DNA from: Pecten maximus | Lineage: Eukaryota | NCBI RefSeq assembly: GCF_902652985.1 | Contig: NC_047019.1 | Coordinates: 19,034,001 to 19,098,000, forward strand | Direction of reading: 5' to 3' | Length of the DNA: 64,000 bases | In this document: positions 49,786 to 63,477 of the stretch, one piece after another | Position numbering within the stretch: the first letter of the stretch is position 1 | How the letters are laid out: each line of letters begins with the position of its first letter | Position numbers and translations under genes: made by a program | The notes under the pieces: generated by a model | The model's input: the letters and a program-made list of their open reading frames with translations, nothing else | The model's database searches: none | What the model was told of the DNA's origin: nothing

Positions 49786-52700
49786 GTTCCTGTAACATAA
49801 TCATGTATAATTACCAAAGTTCTTAGCCGTGCAATATTTACATACTTATAGACAGATTGCAAGTGTTTTGTTTTATATTTTTGCATAATAATGAACAAGT
49901 ATAAGCATAATAAGGGTGTGTGAAAGATGTTCAATGTTTTTTATATACTTATTTATTGTCTTGATGAATGCGTTTTACATGGTTCCTTTACAACTTTAAT
50001 ACGCAATGAAGCGATGACAAAATAAAATTATGAAAATTTATGCAAATGAATGTGTTTTTTATGAAGCATGCTACACATGTATGTATTTAGTGTACTCGGA
50101 AAGATACACACAGCATATACCATGTTTGGTCTCTACAGCGAAATATCAAAACTTATCACACTTTCATATACCATTTGAACCTATCATGATTGGTAAGTTT
50201 GTTACTAAGCAATAACATTAAACAGGGGTATATGCAGGAACTTATATAAACAAGTGCCATTATCACAATACCAATGACATACAACGCCAGTCGTTTAACA
50301 AGTTCAAAATATGAAGAACAAATGATGAGAAGACTTATACAAAAACAACGCCCCGAGTTGAAAACGAGAAACAAATCCAAATTAAAGTCAAAACGACAAA
50401 GGCTGACTTCCTCTACAGTACCTTGATTATATAGCAAGGCATTTACATGTAAAATCAATATTAAGAAACAATATTATCCAAATTTGATAGGTAAAGTTAT
50501 GTGCTTTGAATTAATAGTTGGGGTATCATAAGGGTCCTTAGGCGCACGGGACGAACCCAGAAAAATGTGTAGCGTTTGGTATTCGTCTGATTGTCTGTGT
50601 TTACAAAAGACTCCTAAAATACCCCTTCTATTAATTCACAACCGATTTTGACGAAGATTTTCTCACAAAAGAAAGAGAAATGATTTAGTATAACAATGCT
50701 CATATCAATTATTTTAACGCTAGTGAGGTCCAGCCTTCTATTTTACCTGGATACAACCCGCATATTATATCGGCGTTACGGATTATATCTATAGAGATAA
50801 CTTGTATTGTGTGGTATTGCATCAGTGGAAGGTGACGTCAGCGGTTGACCTACATTACATATGTGTACAGGTAATTATATATTCATAAGAGGAGGGTATG
50901 AGTAAGTGTTGTCAAGCCGATAGATTAGTTTGTGTTGACACGGTAACGCTTTATCCATGATTACGATAGCGTGGTGCAATACGGCCACGAGAGTTAAAAA
51001 GGTCCGGGGAATTTATCACCGATTTAAACTGCGTACGTTTAACAGTTTCTTTTTCATTTTCACAGATTTCAGAATTTACCACAAATTGTATAATCTTTCT
51101 ATAAATTCATTGTTTTCAAAAAAAAAAAAAAAAAAAAAAAAGACTTTGATCAGCTTTTAATGAAACTTTCTTTTAAAAATGCTTTCATAATTACACATAC
51201 GTAATAAGTCAATAGTCTACTTGTCGTGAAAAAACAACAAAAATAGCATATTTATTGCTTCTTGTTAGTTAACTAGGTTTAAATACCTTTAGTATATCGT
51301 ACATTGTATTTCAATAACATGCCGTCTCCTGGGTGAATATATATATCGAATTACAGAATATATAAAACGTGTATTTGTTATCCTTTAATTAATGATCATC
51401 AAATAATCAAAATTTACAAAATCTATATATAATTTGTTGGGTAATGTGCGTAAACCGTCTATACTTAACCTTCACTTGTATTAAATCTGAAACCAAAATT
51501 ACATCTTAAATTTACGTGTTTCTTTCCCACATGGTTTCTCAGCTATATGATATCATCAGATTTGTATCTTTGGGGATTTTTGTCGATGTGATTACTCGCT
51601 GTATGATAACTTCCCCTAGCAGATTGTATGTAGAATGACCAAATTATGAAAAAAATGTGTTTTTTATTTTAATTTTTTAAATAATAATTCGCATTATATG
51701 CGCGGTATTATATAATTATTATAAATGGGGACATGCCGAAACACTGCTTCTGTTATACGGATATTGCGGACATTCTTTAGAGCCAATGACGTCGTTTCAT
51801 TGTTATATTTCAAGCACAGCTAGGCTAAAGATGCAATGCGTATGTAACGATATGCTGAATGATATTGTATTCAAAGCTATGGGCTCCCTATTCTCTCATG
51901 AAACTAAAACAGGATAATAGTCAGCTAGGATTTTATGACGTGTAAGCCGAGAAACTCAACATGCATTGTTATCCCCATGGCGAAGCTGTCATTTATTGTT
52001 TTAACCAACTATTATTATCCGTCATCCGATGCCCGTGTCGCTTTGGAACAATTGTTAGATGAACATTTTCTTTTCCTCTGTTTTTGCTTGGTATTTTTCT
52101 TTCAGCTTTCATATATTTCCATTGCCTTTTCTCTGTATGACAAGCTTTGTTAACGAGGTCGTTAATGTTTTATTAAACAACTTGTTGCAATATTCAGTCT
52201 CTACTGATGAATGTTTGTTATATCAAGTTTTACAATAAAGACTTTCAAACTGCGTCTGGTACTTCTTTGTATAACATATACATATATGTATATTGTGTTA
52301 AATATTTCTGAAAAATATCATCGATAATATTTTTCTTTTCGTTGTTTTATATGATACGTTATTCAGCTGTATGCTTTCGAAGCGTGTCTCATTTAAGACA
52401 ATATGTTAGTAGAAAAAAAAACGTTTATGTTTTACGAAGTTAGTGATTTTGATATTCATTGTCACGGGATTCGAAAACATACACATGCACACACGGGATA
52501 TCCACCAAATCGACTACCGCACAGGGGAAAAGTTACAGGGAAATACCGCATATACGTCACTAGAAAGGTCGGTCAACTGAATCGAAATCTGGTGGTAGTC
52601 ATACCGTAATGTTCACCTAACTCATTCTATCTAAAAATAGCACAGTTTCCTATTCTTTTCTTGTAGTTTAGGAAAGTTTCTTTGTGTGTGTTAAATATAG

Positions 52701-53794
52701 AATTTAGTTATAATTGGCTTCTTGAGTTCTATTTTAGGTTTATTAACACACGCTATAAGTAAAGATGGCGGGGGAAAACATTCCAAGACCGATTGGAAAT
52801 TTTCACAATTTCCCTTTTCCCATCTGAATTATTTTTAATGAAAAGTTACAACTTTTGGCTAAACGGCGTCAAGTATTGACAAAAAAAGGAATGTTGCGCT
52901 GCTTCAAAAACAATGTACAATAATCTATTGAAGTGGTATAATAGCCGTGATAGTGCGACTACATTGATACGCAGGGTAACATCGGACTACAAGTATGTAT
53001 AAAGAGATGATTAACCCTTAATAGAATCAAATGAAAACCTGCTAACGAGTTAGAAGAACATGTACACCCCCTGCCAAAAATCCTTGTTTGGTTGACGCTT
53101 TCGTCCTTGGCTGTAGAGCTCCTCCCTGAACGTAATATTAACCTTGGGAATTTTGAAGAGACTGAGATGATGTAATTATGTAATCAACTGTTGTGAATCC
53201 GACAAATTATTTCGTTGGAATATCATTGTTGCCATACGACAAACTAGGTCATGAGACTGGTATAATATTATTTTTTAAATTAATTTAAACGAATATGTTT
53301 ACAAATACATGTAGATTATACAAATATACAAAATGTCAGTAGTATGATATCCGACTGTATCATTTTGGCTGCGATATATAAGCCACACGCCGTTAATATA
53401 TCATCATGTGCATGTATTTACTCTCTTGTGTTTAGAAGTTGTCCCTGTGTTTTTATTATAATCTACGATTATAAATTATGTGTACTCTGCATTAAGTTTT
53501 AGTACAGTCTTTTAATAATGCTGCAGTTAATATAAGCATCAATTTCAAGTCTTAGTGTTCATCTATATTATAGCTACTACCGGTATTTTTTTTGAATCAC
53601 GGGTTGGTTTAAGTTGGTATAATTTTACTTCCTTAACACGTCTACATTATATCAAAATTTACCGTTAACATGCAGTTACAAGTATTTCTGATAAGATTCT
53701 GCACATCAAAGTGTTATTACTTTTGATGGTTTGAGGACTTCGTCTCCCCTTTCATATTTTAAACCTTTTTAATGGTCTATTTTGAAATGCATTA

Positions 53795-55160
53795 TCACTG
53801 AGGAGTCTTAGAAGGACGAACAGTTTTATGATGCTCTTAGTATCACTGGAGAGTCCTAGAAGGACGGTACAGCTGTATGATTCTCCTAGCATCACTGGAG
53901 AGTCCTAGAAGGACGGTACAGCTGTATGATTCCCATAACATCACCGAGAAGTCTTAGAAGGATGAAACAGTTCAGTATGATTCCCCGAACATCACTTACG
54001 ATGTCTAGAAGGACGGAACAGCTGTATGATGTCCTTAGCATCACTGAAGAATCCTAGAAGGATGGAACAGCTGTATGATGCCCCTAGCATCATTGAAGAA
54101 TCCTAGAAGGTTGGAACAGCTGTATGATCACCGTGTATGACCGACACCGGATATAGCTACGTGTACATCTGAAGCGGACAGAAGACACAACGAGAAGTCA
54201 AATCACGGTAAATATTCTGTTTTTTAATGTAGTTTTAGGCTAAGATTATACTCCAAATTTATCAAGCTTGATTAAATATAATTTATTGATAATTACATGG
54301 TATTCGATTTTCAATAAACAAATAAATACGATTTTTATGACATAAATCAGCCTCCCAGTATCGAGTAAACGTTCACATGAACGCTGTTTTAGACGTTAAA
54401 AATATTTTTTTAAATTTAATTTTATAGCGTTCACAATATTTAAAATGATGAATGTTATCGAGCAAAACAATTGTATGCAATGGAAGTTATTGGAATATGC
54501 GAGATACATGAATTTTCGTTGTTGTGCTACTGCATGGCGTATAGTTATCAGATGTTCGGCGTATAGCTAAAAGTATGAAATCTACTATTCGCCGTACACG
54601 GACAGATTTTGTTTTCTGCATTTTCAAATATTTATATTGTGGAATCAGTACATAGTTCTGGCGAATCCACTTCATAGTCAAACTTTGATCAACTATATCA
54701 AGTTTTTAGCTAGAATACATTTCTTAAATCTACAAATTCAACGTTGATTTCTTTGAACACTGCGATATCGTCGGTACTAGGCAGTCTATTTATGGATTGT
54801 TTACGTTTCTGAAGCAATTTCCATAATGTTTCTGTGCAGTAAACACTCTCTAATCATCTGTCTGACATCTTTTGCTATTTGTTGTGCATCATTAAGTTTG
54901 ATTTCATACAAACTAGCTTGAAAACTTACCGCGATCTGATCCCAGTATCTAAGTGTTTACCGCTTCAGACGTAGCTATATCCGGTGTCGGTCATACACGC
55001 TGATGATCGTGATGCCCCTAGCATCATCGACGAGTCCTAGAAGGATGGTACAGCTGTAATTTTCCCCTAGCATCATCGACGAGTCCTAGAAGGACGGACC
55101 AGCTGTATAATTCCCTAGCATCATTCACGAGGCCTATAGGAGGAGGGAATAGCTGTATGA
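53795..55160. repeat. ~49-bp minisatellite split by an inserted MITE
   Basis: GAGTCCTAGAAGGACGGTACAGCTGTATGAT..CCTAGCATCACT units at 53795-54128 and 55010-55160. Confidence 0.9.
54129..55002. mobile_element. 874-bp non-autonomous TIR element with CAC/CAG termini
   Basis: Left CACCGTGTATGACCGACACCGGATATAGCTACGT..CTGAAGCGG; right end reverse-complements to CAGCGTGTATGACCGACACCGGATATAGCTACGTCTGAAGCGG. ATGAT lies on both flanks. Confidence 0.85.
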
Positions 55161-55662
55161 TGTAGTTTGATATCAATTATTCGGCAAAGCGGTATCTATA
55201 CTACAAGTAGCACAAATGTAAAATTGTGTTTATCCCAAACAAGTTCATTCACCGTGTCAAATGCACCATATAGTGTATCGTTACTACTAAAACATACAAT
55301 CTGATTTTATGAAAATATAATTTCGTTCTGTTGCTGCACGCATTGATAGGATTAGCTATATTATGTATATATAACTCTTTTCCTCGGAACTTCATATATT
55401 TAGAAACATATACATGCAATACATTATTGTTAAAAACAGACAAAGTAATAATTCTGTATTTACATGATAAAATCAAACATTGTAATCTACTTAAATGCAA
55501 CAGAACTAACCTTGTACAAGGTAAGTATGGATTCCGACCAGTAGTGACGCATATGTTGTACAACGATTTTAATACAATTCATCATTTTACACTACGTTAA
55601 GAAGCTTTTTTTCAAGCATGGAGTATTTATTGCTAGTAAATATACTTGTAAGATCACAATTA

Positions 55663-55771
55663 CCCGAGTTTCCTCTTACCCTGACAGCAGACTTGGACAT
55701 CTTGACCCTTCACTTGATATATATCTGTCAAAATGTCCAGATCTGGTGTCAGGGCCAGAGGGAACTCTGGC
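55663..55771. mobile_element. Small hairpin MITE (~110 bp)
   Basis: GAGTTTCCTCTTACCCTGACAGCAGACTTGGACAT pairs with ATGTCCAGATCTGGTGTCAGGGCCAGAGGGAACTC. Confidence 0.65.
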
Positions 55772-56034
55772 TATCGATAAAACTACATAATTAATGGATA
55801 CAAAATGTGAAACTTAAATTGGGGTTTGAAATATTCTATAATCTTATAAGGGTATAAACAATCTCTAAATATCGATTTAAAAAATTAAAATCAAATAAAA
55901 TCAAAACAACGCGTTATTGTACTTTATGGAAACCGGAACTCTGAAATGTAGGTATTTTCCATCGGTTTACTATAATAACATGTGCGGTCACACAGCTATA
56001 ACTAAAACTTTCCGTGACTTGACGAACACGGATG

Positions 56035-56552
56035 TTAATATTACGAGATTTCCTTCCTCCATAAAGACTATATTGAGGTATTTGTTAATTACGGGATTCA
56101 CCTCCTTTATAAATACTATGACGAGGTATATGTTAATTACGGGATTCACCTCCTCTATAAATACTATGACGAGGTATATGTTAATTAAGGGATTCCCTCC
56201 TCTATAAATACTATGACGAGGTATATGTTAATTACGGGATTCACCTCCTCTATAAATACTATGACGAGGCATATGTTAATTACGGGATTCACCTCCTCTA
56301 ATACTATGACGAGGTATATGTTAATTACGGGATTCACCTCCTCTATAAATACTATGACGAGGCATATGTTAATTACGGGATTCACCTCCTCTAATACTAT
56401 GACGAGGCATATGTTAATTACGGGATTCCCTCCACTATAAATACTTTGGTGAGGTATATGTTAATTACGGGATTCACCTCCTCTATGAATACTATGGTGA
56501 GGTATATGTTAATTACGGAATTCCCCTCATCTATAAATACTATGGTGAGGTG
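56035..56552. repeat. 48-bp minisatellite with 45-bp variant units
   Basis: TATGTTAATTACGGGATTCACCTCCTCTATAAATACTATGACGAGGTA repeated about 10 times. Confidence 0.95.
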
Positions 56553-57800
56553 ATAGATGGCTTGGTGACTTTTACTTACAGGTAAAATAAACACATCCGG
56601 TTATATAGGAATTATGTCAGTTATATGTATGCAGACCTGCGAGCTACTGTATACAATTGTGCCTGTGTGTTTATGCTTAGGTGGTAAATACATTTTGATT
56701 ATAAACGGGTTCTATAGATACTTTAGTAGGTGGTCATATTCTAGTCCGTTTTGTATTTTATCATGATAATTTAATTAACTCGTAGATTTTTTATTTGTGT
56801 AATTTGAGAATAAGCAACATATTGTAAAATGTTTTAAAGGGGGTTTCATATCTGTACATTTGCAATCGGAACGGGAATATATCGAATAAAATGTTACATT
56901 ATTACATCACAAGCAATGTAAGAGTCAGAACGAGATATATAGATAGTAACCAGGTCCGATTTAATCTTATACCCTGTACATGCTATAGAATCAGAAAATA
57001 CTCCATATGTTACGTTATGTATACTCGACTCATTTTCTATATAGCACTGACATCATTAACTGTATGATATATTAAGTTCATTTCATCTAAAAACGACACG
57101 AATTCATATTGTTCCTTTGAAGAGTATGCATTTAATTGTTAGGCTGTGTCACAAGTTTGGCTTTGACATAATAATATAATTGTCATTTTAAAATGTCAGT
57201 AAAAGGCTATTACAGCATAATGGGCTGTCATTTATTCGCACTAATGTTGATATGTGTGGTCCTTATAATCATCATTTGTTATACGATTATCGATTTTCTT
57301 AATGACATTTCAGGATTAACTGTGTAGAGGGCTTAAGACATTAAAGAAAATAAAGCGGGGATCTCGGAGCAGCCAAGACCAATTAGTTTTAAAATAGTGC
57401 TAATTAAACGATAATATCTGTTGTGATTATTTTTTAAATGTGTTTATGTCCACAAAAATTCCAAAAATGCAGAGTTTTCAGATTACATAGAACAGGTAAG
57501 ATCGTTTTCTCTCTCAATTTATTGTCGTGCATTCTTTGTTTAAGATTTGCAGATGCTAAGGCAACTGGATATTGTTTTGATGATGAGTTTTCTAGGTATC
57601 TCACTGAGGGTATAAACTGTACATGTAGACATTCCATACAGAGATAATGTGACAACGGAAACGACTAAAAACTGTAAGGGAGGCTGAGAAAAGAAAGATG
57701 TTTGACAGAAGAAATGAGTGATATATCATTTCAATATGAAAAACAGAAACATTTTTTATGTCATTGTTATTTCATATAAACATAAACTGTTGACATCATA

Positions 57801-57831
<31 letters not shown>

Positions 57832-58019
57832 TAGCTAAAATGAATGTTTCATTTATGTAACAATGCATTTCAAGTTATTCTGACTTGAGCAAGGCTATTT
57901 TCGTTCATGTTCAAATGACATGCGATGTGTCAACTTTAGCCTATATTGGCGAAATTTGAAATTTAAAACCCCCGAAACCAAACCATAATTTTCGAGAGGA
58001 AAAAACTATTTCCAACGAC

Positions 58020-58182
58020 TGCCAATAGAGCTATACAAGTCCATGGCTTTAAATCAAAAGTGAAAGCGGAAGTGCTAATAGCGGAAGTTGTTTGAACGCT
58101 AAGGCAGCAATCCAGAGCACATATTGCACAGGCGTATCGTAACACATTTATGTGTACATGAAAAACGTATGCAGTTATTGAG
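58020..58182 (+). promoter_or_regulatory. TATA-less housekeeping-type promoter and non-coding exon 1 of OARD1
   Basis: CCAAT (58022), tandem ETS/GABP-type GCGGAAGT at 58066 and 58081, donor GAG|GTAAGA at 58183, acceptor TTTTTCAG| ending at 58526. Confidence 0.6.
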
Positions 58183-58575
58183 GTAAGAATGAGACAGTAA
58201 GAATTGGTATGTATGTATTTATATAATATCTATCTAATACAGACAGACAGGTTTTGTAACAAACACAGTCACAGTGAACATGTGTGGAAGTCTTTGTCAG
58301 TATAAACAAACTAGAAGTTCTATAAATTATGACGCGTAGTATATTAAGGTAATTTTGCCAGTAACTTGTATTTTTTTTATTCTTTTCATTGTGGTGTTAT
58401 AAAAAGTTCATGAAAATGTATTATTTTAATCAGATACTAAATGTATATATTATATAGATTAAACACCCAACATGTGGCGTCACGGACAAGGGAAAATAAC
58501 TCTTACTGAATGTTGAACTTTTTCAGGATTTTCTCGGGTTTCATACAAGTACCAGTTCACAATATAGTAAGGAGT

Positions 58576-60363
58576 ATGGCTACTGTGTCATGTACATCTT
58601 CTGGTGTGGTAAGTCGTTGTTCCTGTTTTCCTGAGATTGTGTCAAAATGATTTGATTAAAAAGAAAAAAGAAAATGTTTAAAATATTATCCGTTTCCTCG
58701 GATTCACATGTTAATTAGTTCCGAAAGATAATTGAGAGTGAACTGTATGTACACAATACTCTGAAATAAAATTGTAAAATACAATAATAAATTAAGGTAG
58801 ACTTGAAAAATGTTTGGTGAAAGAAATCAGTGGCAATACACTACTAACCCCCATTAGACACTATACATAATTAATTTCACTGTATGGCCATGGAGAAGTG
58901 ACACCCCTTGCATCTTAAAAGATTAAAATATCCCTCAGTATAACATACTAGAGTAAATGATACATATGGTATCATTAAGATATGATATCAACGGGAACCA
59001 AGCTACAACCAACTAAAAGCAGGTTATGTATCAGTTATAATTTAAATACAAGTATTTTTTCTTCGTTGTTTTAGAGTTTCAAGTTTAATCAGGTAGAGGG
59101 TGATTTGTTTTCCTGTGGAGACAAAGAGTCCTTAGCCCACTGTATTAGTGAGGATGTCCGTATGGGGAAAGGAATTGCTGTCTTGTTCAAGAAAAAGTTT
59201 GGCAGAGTGGATGAGCTGAAGGCAATGAGTATGTCTGCATATATATATAGAAGTGAATTTCTGATATTGACTAAAACAGTTGAATATTTTTGAACACCTA
59301 TCTCGGATAATTATTTTGTGAAAAGATCTTCTGCAGATTCCTCAGGGAACCCCTACCTTTAACGTCAAGTCCCATGCATAACTAGAGTAATTGACTTGCT
59401 GTCTTTAGAGAATTCAGACCTGGTTTCTCTAGTTTCTTTGTATATTTATATGCTGATTTATTGATTTATGTGGTTGGGAATCAATGTTTCCTCTTGAAAT
59501 TTACCTTAGAATTAGTGACTGATATTGGATGGTTTCAGAGCCCAATATTTCATCTTGCTCCACGCAACAAGGTTTTTTTTGTCAGAACATACATGTAAAT
59601 TAAGATTACAGTAAAACCTTCTTAGATGAACAGGATTGATTCAAATTTCTGCTATTGTTAAGTAAACTAAAATCTCAAATTTCATAATATATTTTCATAA
59701 TATATGTTAAAGCCCTGAAATGAATTTCGAATGTTAAAAACTATTTCCTCTGGTCCTGCAAGTTTTACACTATCCTGTTAGTTGGATGAGACCCAATTAT
59801 GATTATGTAGATACCTAGATGCAATACATAATGGAATCTGATAATGTATATTCTTCACCATTTGACATTTTATACCATTTATTTTCAGCTCAATGCATGG
59901 GTATCAAACTTTATAATAGCACATTATTTCAATGTTCCTCAATCAGAAGGGTTGTTATCCTAATCATATGATGAATATTGATTACAGTACATATAAATGT
60001 GGGGAAAAAACTTTACATTCTATTCAAATGTTCAATAATTAGCTACAAATATGTCATTTTTCATTTCAAGAGAAGAAAACTGGTGAATTAGCAGTTCTGC
60101 GTGATGGAAGACGATTTATTTACTACCTCATAACAAAACCCAAGGCGCATGATAAACCAACTTATGACACCTTGAAATCCAGTCTGAAGGAGATGAAGAA
60201 ACACTGTGTAAGGAACAATGTAACATCATTGTCCATGCCTTGTATTGGTTGTGGTCTGGACCGTCTAAACTGGGAGGAGGTCTCCACAATGATATGTGAA
60301 CTCTTCTCTGACACAAACATGACAATCACAGTTTACCAGCTACCTCCCAAACCCAAAACATAG
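58576..60363 (+). CDS. OARD1: ADP-ribose glycohydrolase OARD1/TARG1 (macrodomain), 159 aa; coding exons 58576-58608, 59075-59228, 60071-60363
   Basis: Spliced product [11 protein letters not shown]|[52 protein letters not shown]|[57 protein letters not shown] matches TARG1, including the catalytic ITK lysine and GLD aspartate. GT-AG junctions with compatible phases (0 and 1). Confidence 0.95.
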
Positions 60364-60577
60364 GAAAAAATTAATGTATGTTAGTCATCTTTCTACTGAT
60401 ACAATGTTTAAAGTGCCAATGTTTTACCCGTATATTGCAACAAGGTTGGTTTCGCATTAGGTATCATGATGCAGATTTGAAAATTTATTTTCGTAATACA
60501 TTAATATTATTGCATATATGATATATGATGGAACAGTCTAACTGATAGGTATTAACAATACCTTGTCTGGATAATAA

Positions 60578-62142
60578 CTTTGTTAGCTCGTTCAATAGGT
60601 ACATTCCCCAATCTATGATCATAACATGACAGTGTCACGGACCACATATATAGAGCGTGGGTTGAAGATTTATGCCAAGTCACTGTATAACATGCTGTAA
60701 CAAGAGCGGTCGTCCGTCTGTCCGTCTGTCCGTCCGTCCGTCTGTCCGTCCATCTCTCTGTCTGACTATCTCTCCGTCCGTCCATCTGTCCATGAAATTT
60801 TAACTCCTGAAAAACTATAAGCAGCTGGGCACTGATATTTGGCTAGGAGGTACCAGGGATATTAGAGTACATTAAAGTTTACTCATATAAATGACCTTGA
60901 TCTATTCTCAAGGTCACTGCTAGGGGCTAATAATGTTAAAAACTTCAAGAAGCTTCTTAAGTTCTAGAAGATCCAATCCTGGTATGTTTCCAGGAGGTGT
61001 GGCATAGTTCTCTTAATATCCCTCATATAAATGATCTTTATCTAATTTCAAGGCCATGATAATCAAATACATGCACTTCAAAATTTGTTTGAGAATTCAC
61101 TTACCAAGATCTAGAAGACCTAGGTTACCTGTACTCATCTTAGACAGTAGGTACATTTTGTACCTGTTATGAAATGGTATAAAGATTCAAGGTCATTGGG
61201 GTCAAACTTTTGAAATTCATTTTAGAATCATCTCAAGTTCTAGAACACCCAGGGTCCTTGTTTTTGGCCAGAGTGTACCTGCTATTGAATATATGCTATG
61301 AAACTTCTCTATACCAATAACCTTGACCTGTTTTGAAGGTAATAGGGGTCAAATATGTTAAAAACTTCTATGATTTTCGTCTTAAGGACAAAAGACCTAG
61401 ATGATTTATATTTTTTCTGTGGCTACTTATGGAAGAGAGCTTATAACATTACTCATACTGTTGACTGTGACTTATTTTCAAGGTCGCCATGGTGAAACAT
61501 GAAATATGTCGACCCAGAGATCTGATATTTGTCCAGTAGGTACTTACAATAGAGTGATTTAGATTTTCCTCATATAAGTGACCTTTTGTTCTTTCATCAA
61601 GGTCATAGGGGCTAAATAGTTCAAAATAATGAAAAAAAACCCCCATGGTAATGAGGAATGCTGTATATTGTTTCCACATTTGAATAATCTTGATTTTCAA
61701 GGTCACTGGGATCAAATGTGTTAAAATAATTGAACTGAATTTTCCAAAGTATTCCATTGATTCTTGCATATAACTTTAAATTTCAAAAAGCAATGGGGTA
61801 AAGACTGATACTACATACAGTCAACATACCTTATTGCTAAATGTATCTGGGTTCATGTAGGTTATATATATATTTATCAAAAACACCAGCACAGATAGTA
61901 TTTGTTATTTCAGTACCAATGGTCTTCTCAAAAGGCAACTGGCTGTTAACACATCAATTCATTACCCTACATTATGATTCACGAATGAACCAGTGAAAGT
62001 TATCACCTCCATCAGAAATACAATGTACCATTTCCTGAAGCATCACAAACATATAATGGTCAACATGAACACTCCGAATAGTAATATTGTCATTACTTCT
62101 TACTGGTCATGAGAGCATTTCAGGCTCTCTGGGCCACTTGCT
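60578..62142 (+). mobile_element. Old Helentron/HINE-like element with (GTCC/GTCT)n microsatellite and degenerate internal tandem repeats
   Basis: TTAGCTC start, microsatellite 60710-60790, recurring TGACCTTGA..TTTTCAAGGTCA..GGGGTCAAA units, 3' hairpin-like CAGGCTCTCTGGGCCACTTG. Confidence 0.6.
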
Positions 62143-63477
62143 AGTCCAAAGTAGCCCTGAACAAATTATATGTGTCTTTGGAGTGTCCAGTATTTGTTTC
62201 ATATAAGCTAGCAATCACCTGTACTAAAGCAATTAAATGAGATAAGTTATTTTCAGATTTTCAGTTTTTTTTCTCCTGTTTTTGATAAATCACATGATTT
62301 ACCCGAGTAGGAGAAGTAAAATCAATGTTTGTAGTTTATAACATCTACTGTTGGATGCATAAACAAACTAGTACATTAATATGTACTTGCAAAACCATTA
62401 AAAAGTCTTCACCAAACTTTGTGAGTGTTCTAAAATCCAATTGTTTTCACATAAAGTTTATGTTTGAACATCAGTATTGAGTTGACATAAGGAGACCATT
62501 GATTCAGTATACAAAAATTACCATATCAGCAGTGATATTGCCTTATGTGTGCAGTGGAATTGAGGTAACTCATACAGATGTTTGAGTGTGTGAAAGTGTA
62601 ATTTGAAAAATAGGTCGATATGTATAGATAATGTTTTATATATAGCTACAGTAATTACATGGTAGAATGAACTACTGACAATCTGTTATAAAAACAGTCA
62701 TATTCACACATTTTAGTTTGTAATAAACTTGTAAAAGCTAGATATTTTAGTCCTGCAAATGAAAATGGAATATTGTGTGTGTTTTTGTATTAAAATGAAT
62801 AAGGTTGACTATATAATTATGACATATATTTTTTGTTTTTGTTTTCTTTAGGTCAGGGAATATTAGTTTATTGGAGACCTAGATGGTTTTTGCTATGTTT
62901 TATTATATTAAATTTCTTAACTGAACAGGTGAATGATCATTGTAATAGTTTTTGTACATCGATGGTTGTTTATTCTCTAAGATCATGCTTCCCATGGGTA
63001 TATCCGTTGCTGATATCATTTTCTTGTGATGTTGTTGTAAAACTTTTAATGTAATTTAATAAATCTGTTATTTGATTGAATTAAGACCTCTGTCAATGTA
63101 ACAATACATATCAGAGAGAAATGATATCAAATGCAGAAAATGACTTGGATATACAGGAAATTAACAAATCTGAAGACTATCCCCGCATAGCGTGTACGAC
63201 ATTATCAATAAAACAGACAAATTGTCACAAAGGGTTATCAAACCTGTGTTGTTAAATGTCCTTCATTGAATTTATGATCAGGCGAAGCCAAATTGGAAAT
63301 ATACTGTATACAAGACGGCCTAGTTTCACATGGTTGTGATCATTTGTTTCAGTCTTTATACATGTAAGCACATTCAGCCATTTGTATTTAGCAATTTCCC
63401 TAATATGCAAAATACGTAATATGTCATTACTAGAATGTAGATCTAGCCCTAATACTAATTAACATCTAATAGTTGCA

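Noticed and set aside
49389-49934. 181-aa antisense ORF over Kelch B, and antisense or alternate-frame ORFs over the lectins
   Set aside because: Shadow ORFs of real coding sequence; no domain features.
55917-56440. TRYMLITGFTSSINTM repeat ORFs
   Set aside because: Translation of the 48-bp minisatellite.
57803-57830. Poly-C run near the OARD1 promoter as a G-quadruplex element
   Set aside because: Homopolymer C/G runs are common in such genomes and their length is unreliable; no further support.
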